DNA from: Parcubacteria group bacterium | GTDB taxonomy: Bacteria; Patescibacteriota; Microgenomatia; UBA1400; PJMF01 | Direction of reading: 5' to 3' | Length of the DNA: 64,000 nucleotides | NCBI GenBank assembly: GCA_943350175.1 | Contig: CALQZX010000001.1 | Location: forward strand, 21,818 to 85,817 | Shown: one piece after another, positions 1-8,669 of the stretch | How positions within the stretch are numbered: position 1 is the stretch's first letter | How the letters are laid out: each line of letters opens with the position of its first letter | Notes under the pieces: model-generated | Told to the model about the DNA's origin: nothing | The model's input: only the letters and a program-made list of their open reading frames with translations | Database searches by the model: none | Program-made: the position numbers and the translations under genes

Positions 1-5
1 GGCGA

Positions 6-845
6 GTGATTTGGGAGCCACTTTTTACTTCCAAGTTTGGCCGTTTTAGAGATCGAGTTAATCTGTCTTGGTTCTGGGCGAGAGTGAACCCACGCACTGC
101 AGCGCTTGGTTATTTTAATGGTGGTTTTAAAAGGTTGGCTGATTTAATTGTTCAGAAACTAAAAGACGTAGGAGTTAAAGTTTTCTTTTCAACCAAAGTG
201 CAATCAATTGTTAAGGAAGGAAACCGCTTGGTTTTGACCACGGTTGATAAAAGTGGCAAGCAAAATATTGAGAATTACGATTTGGTAATTTCCACTTTGG
301 CATCACCAATCTTTTCTAAGATAATTGATTTACCAGAGCTAAAGCAAGAGAACTTGGCTGGTCTTGGTGCCATGACTATGTTACTGCGTTTGAAAAAGAA
401 GCTGCTTAAGGATGGAACTTATTGGCTCAATATTAATGAAAAAGGTTGGCCATTTGTAGCGATTGTGGAGCATGATAATTATATTTCTAGTGAACACTAC
501 GGCGGTGAAAGCTTGGTTTATTTGGGTCGCTATTTGGAGGTCTCTGATCCGGCTTACCAGAAGACAACTACAGAATTATTAGCCGACTACAAGCCATTTT
601 TGAAGAAGCTGGATCCTCATTTTGAGCAAAATTTAATTGAGGCTAAGCTTTTTAAAGCTCCTTTTGCGCAGCCAATTAGCTTCGTCAATCAAAGTCGTTT
701 CTTGCCTAAATTTAAAACAAGCGAGAAGAATTTATATTGGGTTTGCATGCAGCACGTCTACCCTTTTGATCGAGGCATTAATCATGCTATCAAAAGCGCT
801 AGGAAGCTGGCGAAGTATGTTAGAATGGAAAATTCTAAGCTATGA
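6..845 (+). CDS. FAD-dependent oxidoreductase (amine oxidase / protoporphyrinogen oxidase-like), 5' partial at window edge
   Basis: ORF runs from the window start. The C-terminal region (YWVCMQHVYPFDRGINHAIKSARKLA) resembles the conserved C-terminal FAD-contact segment of amine-oxidase-fold enzymes. Recognised by eye only. Confidence 0.4.
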   Translation: MIWEPLFTSKFGRFRDRVNLSWFWARVNPRTAALGYFNGGFKRLADLIVQKLKDVGVKVFFSTKVQSIVKEGNRLVLTTVDKSGKQNIENYDLVISTLASPIFSKIIDLPELKQENLAGLGAMTMLLRLKKKLLKDGTYWLNINEKGWPFVAIVEHDNYISSEHYGGESLVYLGRYLEVSDPAYQKTTTELLADYKPFLKKLDPHFEQNLIEAKLFKAPFAQPISFVNQSRFLPKFKTSEKNLYWVCMQHVYPFDRGINHAIKSARKLAKYVRMENSKL

Positions 846-1426
846 CAGAGCAAAAAATCAAAATTGGTTTCGATATGGATGGAGTGATTCTCTACAATCC
901 AAGTCGCATTTTTCGTAGTTTAATTTCTCGTAGTAAAAAAGCTCATCTTTTCCCACGCAAAGAATTGGAGTTTTATCATCCAACTTCAAATTTGGAGAAA
1001 TTTCTATGGTTGATGGTTCATAAGAGTAGTTTTAAGTTAGCTGATGGCTTTGGAGATTTGGAGAAACTAGCTTTGACTGGAGATCTTGAGTTATACGTGG
1101 TTAGTGCACGTTTTGCTTGTTTGCAAAGTGATACTAAAAAATGGCAAAAGATTATTAATCGCAAAAATATTTTTAAAGAAATTTACTTTAATGATCATGA
1201 TGAGCAGCCTCACATGTTCAAAAAAAGAATGATTGAAAAATTACAATTAGATTATTTTGTGGAAGATAATTGGGACGTTGCTTCTTATTTGGCTAAAAAT
1301 CAAAAAAAAGTGCAAGTTTGGTGGTTGAGTAATTTTTTCGATCAAGCGATTAATTACCCACATAAGCTCTTTTTCTTCAAAGACGTGGTTTCAAAGATCA
1401 AAAGTCTTGTCTTCAAAAATGCATAA
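842..1426 (+). CDS. HAD-superfamily hydrolase-like protein
   Basis: N-terminal GFDMDGVI matches HAD motif I (DxDG). VVSAR and DYFVEDN are plausible motifs II and IV. Overlaps the upstream gene by 4 nt (ATGA), suggesting an operon. Confidence 0.45.
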   Translation: MTEQKIKIGFDMDGVILYNPSRIFRSLISRSKKAHLFPRKELEFYHPTSNLEKFLWLMVHKSSFKLADGFGDLEKLALTGDLELYVVSARFACLQSDTKKWQKIINRKNIFKEIYFNDHDEQPHMFKKRMIEKLQLDYFVEDNWDVASYLAKNQKKVQVWWLSNFFDQAINYPHKLFFFKDVVSKIKSLVFKNA

Positions 1427-1447
1427 ATATATGCGAAACTAACAGTC

Positions 1448-3628
1448 ATGTTAGTTCATGATCTCATTTTGTTGGTTTGGACATATTTTATTTTGTTTTT
1501 GTTGCAACTCATGGCTTTGCCAGTGATTTTCTATGTATCCAGAAAATTTGATTATCTAAAAGATGCTGCTTGGGGTTTTGCTAGAATTTTTTCTATTTTG
1601 CTTTTGTCGCTTTTGGTTTGGAATTTGGCTTTTTTCAAAATTCCAGTTAACACTGATCTGGGAGTTAGCATTTTATTTTTCTGTTTATCCTTGCTTTCCT
1701 TGTATCTTTCTTGGACTTTTTTCTTGAGCAAGCAAAATTTTCTCAAAGATTTTTTCAGGAAATTTGGCAAGATTATTTTGATTGAAGAAATTGTTTTTTT
1801 GTTGGCTTTTATTTTTTTATCCATCACTCGTAGTTTCCAACCAGAAATTCTGGGCTTGGAAAAATTCATGGATGCAGGTTTTATTCAGGCTTATCTGAAG
1901 TCGCCAACTTTGCCAGCACAAGATATCTGGTTTGCTGGATCAAGTATTAATTATTATAGCTTTGGCCATTTTTATAATTCAGTTTTGGTTAATTTGTGGC
2001 AGATAGATCTATCTTACGGCTATAATTTATTATTGATCAGTCTGTTTGCAATATTTTGTTTGCAATTATTTTCTTTGGCTTTTAATTTGCGAGCAAATTT
2101 GTTTGCTAATAAAAAAACACTTTTTAATCACTTCGCATATGATTTTAAAGCAGCTGTTTTTGCTGGTATTTTTGCTGTTTTTTTAGTGGCTTTGGGAGCG
2201 AATGGTCATACCCTGTGGTACTTTTTTAGTCACAATGGCTTTGAAGCTTATTGGTATCCAGATGCAACTAGATTTATTGAGAGAACTATTCATGAATTTC
2301 CATCTTATAGCTTTGTAGTTTGTGATTTACATGCTCATGTTTTGTCTCTGCCGGTTAGCTTGTTTTTATTGCTAACAATTTTTATGTGGCTAAAAGAATT
2401 ATTCACGCTTCGTAGCTTTGATAAATTAAAAACTCTGGTCAGAGAAAATTTCTTTTGGCTTTCCGTGCTAATGGGCGCTTTATTTGGTGTTCTGGTAATG
2501 ACTAATACTTGGGATGTTTTGATTTATGGAATTTTGGTGGCTGTCGTTTCTATTTTTTCGCTCCTACAAAACAAGAAACTTTTCTTGCCAATATTTTTGT
2601 CGGCTGCTTGTGTTTTCGTTGGCACAGCCATTTTTTCAGTTTTTTGGTTTTTAAACTTTGAACCTATTTCTAGCGGTTTGACGATTGCTAAAGAACATAC
2701 ACCTTTTTGGCAACTTTTAGCTCTGTATGGCCCACATTTATTTTGGGCAGTTTTGCTCTTATTCGCTACAAAATCTTTGTTATCAGTCAAGAAAAATGAC
2801 TCCGTGGTGCCAATTTTGATCTTCTCTCTTTTTATAATGGTTTCATTTCTAATCATTTTTCCAGAACTCTTTTACTTTAAAGATATTTACACCACATATC
2901 CAAGAGCTAACACGATGTTTAAATTAGTTTTTCAAGGATTTATGCTGCTTGGTTTCTTACTTAGTTTGTTTTTTAGTCTGGTACTCTTTGATAAGGATAA
3001 AGGAATTCGCTTGTTTTCTTGGCGCCTGATTGATTTGAGACACTTATTCTCAAATAGGAAAAAGAAAATCTTCTTGTTTAAGGCTCGTTTGCGTAAGTTT
3101 GTTTTTCTTATTTTGCCAATTGGTTTCTTTCTTTTTATATCCACTCTCATGTACCCATATTTAGCTTACAGAAGCTACTATAATGGCCTAAAAAACTACC
3201 AAGGCCTTGATGGCCTAGCTTGGTTTGCTCGTAAATATCCAGAAGATTTTGTCTTGATGAATTATTTAAAGAGAAATGAACTCGTGCAAGTCAACATAGT
3301 CGAGGCAGTCGGTGAATCTTACACTGAGTTTGCCAGGGTTTCTGCCTTCTCCGGGATGCCAACAATTCTTGGTTGGAGAGTTCATGAGTGGCTGTGGCGC
3401 GCTGGCTGGGATCAACCAGCTATGCGTAGTGGTCAGGTTGAGAAAATCTACAATAACCCGACTAGCCTAGAAGCAGCCTCTTATCTAAAGGAATATCAAA
3501 TTAAATACATAATCATTGGTGATAAAGAACATGAAGCTTATCCAAGCTTAAATGTGAGCGGGCTATTCTCTCTTGGAGAAGTAGTGGCTTCACAAGGAAA
3601 TAATTATTTGGTTAAATTGGATATATAA
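1448..3628 (+). CDS. Polytopic membrane protein, DUF2298 / YYY-domain family (putative glycosyltransferase-related)
   Basis: 726 aa with more than 12 predicted TM helices followed by a soluble C-terminal domain (YYNGLKNYQGLDGLAWF...GWRVHEWLWR). This is typical of Chlor_Arch_YYY/DUF2298 proteins, which are common in CPR genomes. Confidence 0.5.
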   Translation: MLVHDLILLVWTYFILFLLQLMALPVIFYVSRKFDYLKDAAWGFARIFSILLLSLLVWNLAFFKIPVNTDLGVSILFFCLSLLSLYLSWTFFLSKQNFLKDFFRKFGKIILIEEIVFLLAFIFLSITRSFQPEILGLEKFMDAGFIQAYLKSPTLPAQDIWFAGSSINYYSFGHFYNSVLVNLWQIDLSYGYNLLLISLFAIFCLQLFSLAFNLRANLFANKKTLFNHFAYDFKAAVFAGIFAVFLVALGANGHTLWYFFSHNGFEAYWYPDATRFIERTIHEFPSYSFVVCDLHAHVLSLPVSLFLLLTIFMWLKELFTLRSFDKLKTLVRENFFWLSVLMGALFGVLVMTNTWDVLIYGILVAVVSIFSLLQNKKLFLPIFLSAACVFVGTAIFSVFWFLNFEPISSGLTIAKEHTPFWQLLALYGPHLFWAVLLLFATKSLLSVKKNDSVVPILIFSLFIMVSFLIIFPELFYFKDIYTTYPRANTMFKLVFQGFMLLGFLLSLFFSLVLFDKDKGIRLFSWRLIDLRHLFSNRKKKIFLFKARLRKFVFLILPIGFFLFISTLMYPYLAYRSYYNGLKNYQGLDGLAWFARKYPEDFVLMNYLKRNELVQVNIVEAVGESYTEFARVSAFSGMPTILGWRVHEWLWRAGWDQPAMRSGQVEKIYNNPTSLEAASYLKEYQIKYIIIGDKEHEAYPSLNVSGLFSLGEVVASQGNNYLVKLDI

Positions 3629-3661
3629 TATAACCAGCATTTACAAAAATAAGGAAAACAT

Positions 3662-4120
3662 ATGATAGAATTTCCAAAACAAGGAGCTCCTAAAGATAGT
3701 GAGCCTACATTAAAAGTAGAAACTTTGTCTTGCTCAAGTTGTGGTGGAAAAATTGATGGTCCTGGAAAATGTCCATTTTGCGGACAATTTCTCATTGTGG
3801 TTGAAGGTGGAAATTATCTAAGAATTACACCGAAAGATATTGAAGGTATTGAGATAAAGAAACCATCTAATCCTGAAGGAAGTTGGAAATTCAAAATTAC
3901 TGGTAAGTTTCAAGATATTTTGTTATCTGAAGAAGATATTTGGATAATAGGTAATGGTAATATTGAATTTGGTGGATTATTAGTTGCTTTATTCTTCAAA
4001 AATAATTCAGACAAATATGGTATTCCCGGACAACTTAGACCTAAGGTTGAAGATATAAGAGCTTTTGCAATTAGAGCAGCTTTTAGACAATCTGCTGCTA
4101 GAAACAACCCAAGAAAATAA
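3662..4120 (+). CDS. Hypothetical protein with N-terminal zinc ribbon (CSSCGG...CPFCG)
   Basis: A Shine-Dalgarno-like AAGGAAAA sits upstream. There are two CxxC pairs 12 aa apart. No further homology recognised. Confidence 0.4.
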   Translation: MIEFPKQGAPKDSEPTLKVETLSCSSCGGKIDGPGKCPFCGQFLIVVEGGNYLRITPKDIEGIEIKKPSNPEGSWKFKITGKFQDILLSEEDIWIIGNGNIEFGGLLVALFFKNNSDKYGIPGQLRPKVEDIRAFAIRAAFRQSAARNNPRK

Positions 4121-4147
4121 CTGCTTCTGATCAGTACAAAATTTCTT

Positions 4148-5251
4148 TTAAGAAGAAATTGTATATCCGAGTTTCGCTAATTTTTCTCTATCTTGACTCA
4201 TTTTTCTCATATCATTTTCATCTCTAGGTGATAGGTTGCCTCCGCATTTAGAACATTGCTCTTCCCCGCTTTTTCTTTCTTTACCACAAAAAGCACAAAC
4301 AAAGTAACTCGCTACTTCTTTAAATCCTAAGGTGTTTGTTTCATGATTTATTGTAGTTGTTCTGTTCTCTTTGCCCTCGGCATCTTTGGCTACTTTTTCT
4401 ATCACAGACACTAGAGTTTTAGGTAATTTAGCAACATCAAATACTTCTTTTACTTTCGTAGCTCCGAGCATGGCCAGTCTAAGCATTTTTTGTAAATCAC
4501 CTCCTCTGCCAATTGCATCTACAATATCTTTCACTTCAAAAGCTGCTTGACCACCTTCTGCCAATAATTTTTCCATGTTGGAGCCAGTCATGCTTACCAA
4601 ACATCTGCCAACCATTCTGACTTCTGATTCGTTGTAAACGCGTTGTTTAATGTCAGCTTCAACTGCTGAATTAGCAACATTAATTCTCAATAGCTCTTCT
4701 TCAGAGTCACTATCAGTAAAAATAAAAGTACCGCTTTCTCCGTTATCTCTTTCAAGATCTATAGAAATTTTTGCATTTTGTAAAGAAATCTCAAAAGCTG
4801 CATGTAGATCTTCTACTGATAGATTAGCAAAATAAGTCTGCTCTGAACCATTCAGTAATTCTGTTATTCGTTGGGTAACTTCCGCTGCGCCAACAGCTCC
4901 AGCCAAACCAACAGCTCCGGCCGCTCCATCTAGACTACCTAAAAGATCCTCAAGAAAATTCCCCCCACCGCCAGCTGCTCTTTCTGCAGCTTTTCTATTT
5001 TCATAAGCTATTCCACCAAATTTTGCTTTTAAGAACGCAAAATCTGTGAAATTCAATTTCTTTTGCCATTTAAGACTTTCTTCTTCAGGCATTTGGCTAA
5101 GTTTAGCGATCATTCCATCTTCATTATCAACTTCTAATAGCGCATAAAACGCTGCTTTGGTTAATGATAAATCTTTAATTTTAGATAATGCGTCAACTTG
5201 TGTTACTTCAATCATAAAAATATTCCTTTTTGTTATTGTAAACCAAAGCAC
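4148..5251 (-). CDS. Hypothetical protein with Gly/Ala-rich segment and C-terminal zinc ribbon (CAFCG...CSKCGG)
   Basis: 367-aa ORF with acidic N-terminal half, a GGGG/AGAVGLAGAVGAA flexible stretch and a C-terminal CxxC...CxxC. No family recognised. Confidence 0.4.
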   Translation of the reverse strand: MLWFTITKRNIFMIEVTQVDALSKIKDLSLTKAAFYALLEVDNEDGMIAKLSQMPEEESLKWQKKLNFTDFAFLKAKFGGIAYENRKAAERAAGGGGNFLEDLLGSLDGAAGAVGLAGAVGAAEVTQRITELLNGSEQTYFANLSVEDLHAAFEISLQNAKISIDLERDNGESGTFIFTDSDSEEELLRINVANSAVEADIKQRVYNESEVRMVGRCLVSMTGSNMEKLLAEGGQAAFEVKDIVDAIGRGGDLQKMLRLAMLGATKVKEVFDVAKLPKTLVSVIEKVAKDAEGKENRTTTINHETNTLGFKEVASYFVCAFCGKERKSGEEQCSKCGGNLSPRDENDMRKMSQDREKLAKLGYTISS

Positions 5252-5272
5252 ATTAAAAATGATTGTTATTTT

Positions 5273-6850
5273 CTAATAATTATTATTTCCAAACCTTTTT
5301 CTAAAAAACTTTCCAATTCTTCTTTTGAAAGTTGCTACTTTTTTATTTTTGATTAAGTCTAAAAAATCTTTTCTTATTTTTTCATCATCCATTTTGTTTT
5401 CATAATAAATACTGCTGGTACCTTTAGATAATTTAAATATGCTGTTAAAAATAGCTTGTTTATTTAGCTGAACAAGAGTTGTTAAAAGCTCAAAAATGTT
5501 GTGTCCATATGTGTTTAGTTCTAGTTGTTTTGCTTCAAGTAATTTATCAATTAATCCATCTACTATAAGAATTTTTTTATCACTAATTTGATACTCTAAG
5601 TTTGAGTTTATTCTATCTGCAAACTCTTTTTCTTTTTCATTAACCCTCTCCAATGATTGAGGATGTTTTGATAGACAGAGTCTTTGGGTTTCTGCATTTT
5701 GATGCCACTTAATTCCGTTGAATTCTGTAAATAATTTTACAGCTAGAGCTCTATGAAAAGTTGTTTTATCAAGAGAAGAAAACAATGCAAATACTTTTGC
5801 TTCAGTTATGTTCAAATCTTTACCCAAAATTCCAGAGATAAATTCTTTAATATATTCTACGTAGTCATTAAAGTCATTATTATTCTGGCTTTTTTCAAAC
5901 AATCCGGGTTTATCTATTTCTGATAACTGTTCTGCCAAATATTCAATTAGATTTGATTCACTCACTCCACTTTCTAGAATGTTTGATATGAAACACATTT
6001 CAGAACTATCTGCGTGAGACATATTGCCACTGTCAAAAAAATTTTGTGCGTGAAATCCATCGTGGTAATAAATCATTCCTGTTTTTAATAGTTGTCTAAC
6101 GGTTTGAGATATTTGCTTGACTAGTTTTGGATTTAACAATTCATCTTCATTGGTAATTTGTTTTTTATGATCCACATGCAAATGGTTCGAAATTCTATTT
6201 TTTCCAGGTACTAGTAGAGAAATTGTTCCAATTCCACCCGTTTTCTTCCAGCTTAGGTTTTTGTAATTATTTTTGTGTAGGCGACTCTTATTCCACAAGC
6301 TTCTTAACTTTTCTGAAATTTCTTTAAAGGCGACTAAGCCTAAGGGGATGCTAATACCAAATCTAATAGCGGAATCAATATCAGTCCAATTATTCTCTTT
6401 TGCAGATTCAGAAAAAATAATGCAGGAATTTATGTATTCAGTGACATTCTCAACTGTGTCCGAAGCACCCATAATTCTATCGCTAAATTTATGGAAGAAT
6501 TCATTTTCATTTACTGGAAAGCCATTGTTTCCATTTTTGACCAAATCTTCATTTCCAGTTCCTTTGACATATATTGTATTTCCGTTTGAGTCTTCATGAT
6601 ACGTACCTCTTCCCTCTCCAACATGGTTGCCAACCAACATATCTCTTCTTGTCTTTTTTCCAAAAACAAGCCTGCCTAGCGGAGAAACAGTTTCTGAGAG
6701 ATTTTTAATTTCTTTTAGTAACTTATCATTTAATCCAAATCTTTTCCAGATAATTTCGTAAATTTCTTCAGCAATACTTAGTTCTTTTCCGTCAGTTAAC
6801 TCATAAATAGCATCAGATCCTACAGGTGGATTTTCTCTCATGTTAAACAA
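5273..6850 (-). CDS. Large hypothetical protein with possible protein-kinase-like motifs
   Basis: 525 aa. VGEGRGTY (Gly-rich loop-like), IYVKGTG (VAIK-like Lys) and YYHDGFHAQNFFDSGN (HxDxxxxN Brenner-like catalytic motif) occur in order. The spacing is atypical, so this is a weak call. Confidence 0.3.
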   Translation of the reverse strand: MFNMRENPPVGSDAIYELTDGKELSIAEEIYEIIWKRFGLNDKLLKEIKNLSETVSPLGRLVFGKKTRRDMLVGNHVGEGRGTYHEDSNGNTIYVKGTGNEDLVKNGNNGFPVNENEFFHKFSDRIMGASDTVENVTEYINSCIIFSESAKENNWTDIDSAIRFGISIPLGLVAFKEISEKLRSLWNKSRLHKNNYKNLSWKKTGGIGTISLLVPGKNRISNHLHVDHKKQITNEDELLNPKLVKQISQTVRQLLKTGMIYYHDGFHAQNFFDSGNMSHADSSEMCFISNILESGVSESNLIEYLAEQLSEIDKPGLFEKSQNNNDFNDYVEYIKEFISGILGKDLNITEAKVFALFSSLDKTTFHRALAVKLFTEFNGIKWHQNAETQRLCLSKHPQSLERVNEKEKEFADRINSNLEYQISDKKILIVDGLIDKLLEAKQLELNTYGHNIFELLTTLVQLNKQAIFNSIFKLSKGTSSIYYENKMDDEKIRKDFLDLIKNKKVATFKRRIGKFFRKRFGNNNY

Positions 6851-6876
6851 CTATTTAAATTTTATTTTTAGACTAA

Positions 6877-7689
6877 CTAATTCAGCTCAAAAGTCACAGT
6901 CACGCTCTTGCTGGTTTGGCTGGAGCCTGGCTCCAATTCAGCGCTGATGACTGATTTTTCTGCTCCAACTGCCATAGGCATGATGGAATCATAGCCGCGA
7001 TACATTGGGTAGGAACTTCCTCCTTCGGTAACAGAGATAATCTTGCCAACCTTTTGTTTATTGGCGGCAGCGATTTTTTCTGCTTTTTCTCTGGCATTAA
7101 CGACGGCGGCTGAAAGAAGTTCATCGCTTGCAGCATCGCTGTCATCAATACCGAAGTTTGGTCCATAAACATTGTTGGCGCCACTTTCGTTGAGGATGGA
7201 GAGAAGGGTTTTGGCTTTATCAACTTCTCTTAGTTTGATGCTGATGGAATTACTTGCTCTCCACTGACCTTTTTTGGCTTTAGTTGGTGGCTGTGGATAC
7301 ATCATGGTAGAAACACCAGAAGATTCCATTATTTCTGGGCCTTCATTAACATATTCTGTTTCTTGATAAACATTCACCGCTTGGGTTTGAATGTCTTTAT
7401 CATCTATGCCCATCTGTTTAACTTTATCAATTAATTGATTTATGGCCTCATTGGTTTTGTTTAAAGCTTCTTCCTTGGTGGCTTCAATGCTTTCCATTCC
7501 AGCGCCAAAATTGGCAATTTGATTGGCTTGGTCTTTTTTAGCCATGCCACTAACAGTAATAGTAGAGGTAGGACGCATTTCTAAGCTGCCCCAGTGCGGT
7601 TTTATATTGGTGAAGCGAGTGATGGCGATGAGACCAATCACTAGAATAAAAGCGAATAAGATGGTTCCTTCATTTTGTTTTGGGTTCAT
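6877..7689 (-). CDS. SIMPL-domain (DUF541) protein, membrane-anchored
   Basis: N-terminal TM helix. Two-lobed sequence with ITVSGMAKKDQANQIANFGAG...NQLIDKVKQMGIDDKDIQTQAVNVY is typical of SIMPL / 26-kDa periplasmic immunogenic protein family. Confidence 0.55.
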   Translation of the reverse strand: MNPKQNEGTILFAFILVIGLIAITRFTNIKPHWGSLEMRPTSTITVSGMAKKDQANQIANFGAGMESIEATKEEALNKTNEAINQLIDKVKQMGIDDKDIQTQAVNVYQETEYVNEGPEIMESSGVSTMMYPQPPTKAKKGQWRASNSISIKLREVDKAKTLLSILNESGANNVYGPNFGIDDSDAASDELLSAAVVNAREKAEKIAAANKQKVGKIISVTEGGSSYPMYRGYDSIMPMAVGAEKSVISAELEPGSSQTSKSVTVTFELN

Positions 7690-7704
7690 ATGAATACTAT
7701 CTTA

Positions 7705-8625
7705 CTATTTTGGCTCGTTCTCTTCAATGATTTTGGCAAAATCACTACTGATCCAGGCTGTAATTTTGTCTAATTGAATCTTCAGCCATTTGCCATCAGC
7801 ACTTTTTTCTCCAAGATACGGATAAAAAAAGCCAACTTTGGCAAAGCCAACTTCTTTGGCGGCACTATCGGAGGCTTCTCTAGCTTTTAGAACTTCTTGC
7901 TCTGCTTCAAAAAAGTCAGTTTTGAGAATTTGGACTTTTTTGCCCAAGATTCCTGAACTGCCAGATGCTTCTGGTGAGACTTTATTAAATTTGGCTTGAA
8001 TAACGCTAGCAGTAGCCTCATTAACTTTTTTTGGTGAAGCTTCTTCAATTTTAATATTTTTGGCCAGATTGATAGTGATTTTTGTCTCATAGCCATCTAA
8101 GACCAAAAAGCTATGATCTTGAGCTTCATAGGAAGGCAAGCTTACTGAAAAATGGTGTTCTCCAGGAGAAACTGAATCAATAGTGAGAGGAGAAAAAGTC
8201 ACCTCTTTATCATCAAAAGAAATAAAGGCATTTTCTGGGTACGTCTCAAAGCTGACGCTAGAGCTTTTGTCAGTTTTTTTGCGCAACTCAAAAACAGTAC
8301 TAGAGCTATTGCGCGGATTTTCTCCAGGATTATAAACAACAATGGTTAGAGTGCCTTTTTCCAAATAGATGGGCAAATTTAAATTGCTCAATTTATTGTC
8401 ATCTGGGGTAATTTTGAGAATGTACTCACCACTTTGCAATTTTTCTTCAAGCAAAGGTGCCTTGCCGAGGTAATTTTCGCCGAGGAAAACCGAGGCGCTA
8501 CCATTTGGATATTCAATCTGCAAGCCAGCTCGGGAATTTTTTTTGAGAGGATCAAGAAAAATAAAAACGAGAGATCCGCCAAGGAGTAATAAAGAAGCTA
8601 AAACAAGCAAGACTTTCTTCAACAT
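7705..8625 (-). CDS. PEGA-domain secreted protein
   Basis: Signal peptide. PEGA-like segment SASVFLGENYLGKAPLLEEKLQSGEYILKI. C-terminal SH3-like tail. Confidence 0.45.
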   Translation of the reverse strand: MLKKVLLVLASLLLLGGSLVFIFLDPLKKNSRAGLQIEYPNGSASVFLGENYLGKAPLLEEKLQSGEYILKITPDDNKLSNLNLPIYLEKGTLTIVVYNPGENPRNSSSTVFELRKKTDKSSSVSFETYPENAFISFDDKEVTFSPLTIDSVSPGEHHFSVSLPSYEAQDHSFLVLDGYETKITINLAKNIKIEEASPKKVNEATASVIQAKFNKVSPEASGSSGILGKKVQILKTDFFEAEQEVLKAREASDSAAKEVGFAKVGFFYPYLGEKSADGKWLKIQLDKITAWISSDFAKIIEENEPK

Positions 8626-8669
8626 AAGTTAAATCTAGTCTTAGTATAACAGCCATTTTGGCGACTAGC

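Noticed and set aside
1552-3150. Antisense ORFs (1552..1869, 2524..2856, 2932..3150 and many similar 60-120-aa ORFs throughout)
   Set aside because: They are embedded antisense in long, well-supported genes, Lys/Arg-rich from AT-rich complementary strands, without RBS. Treated as spurious.
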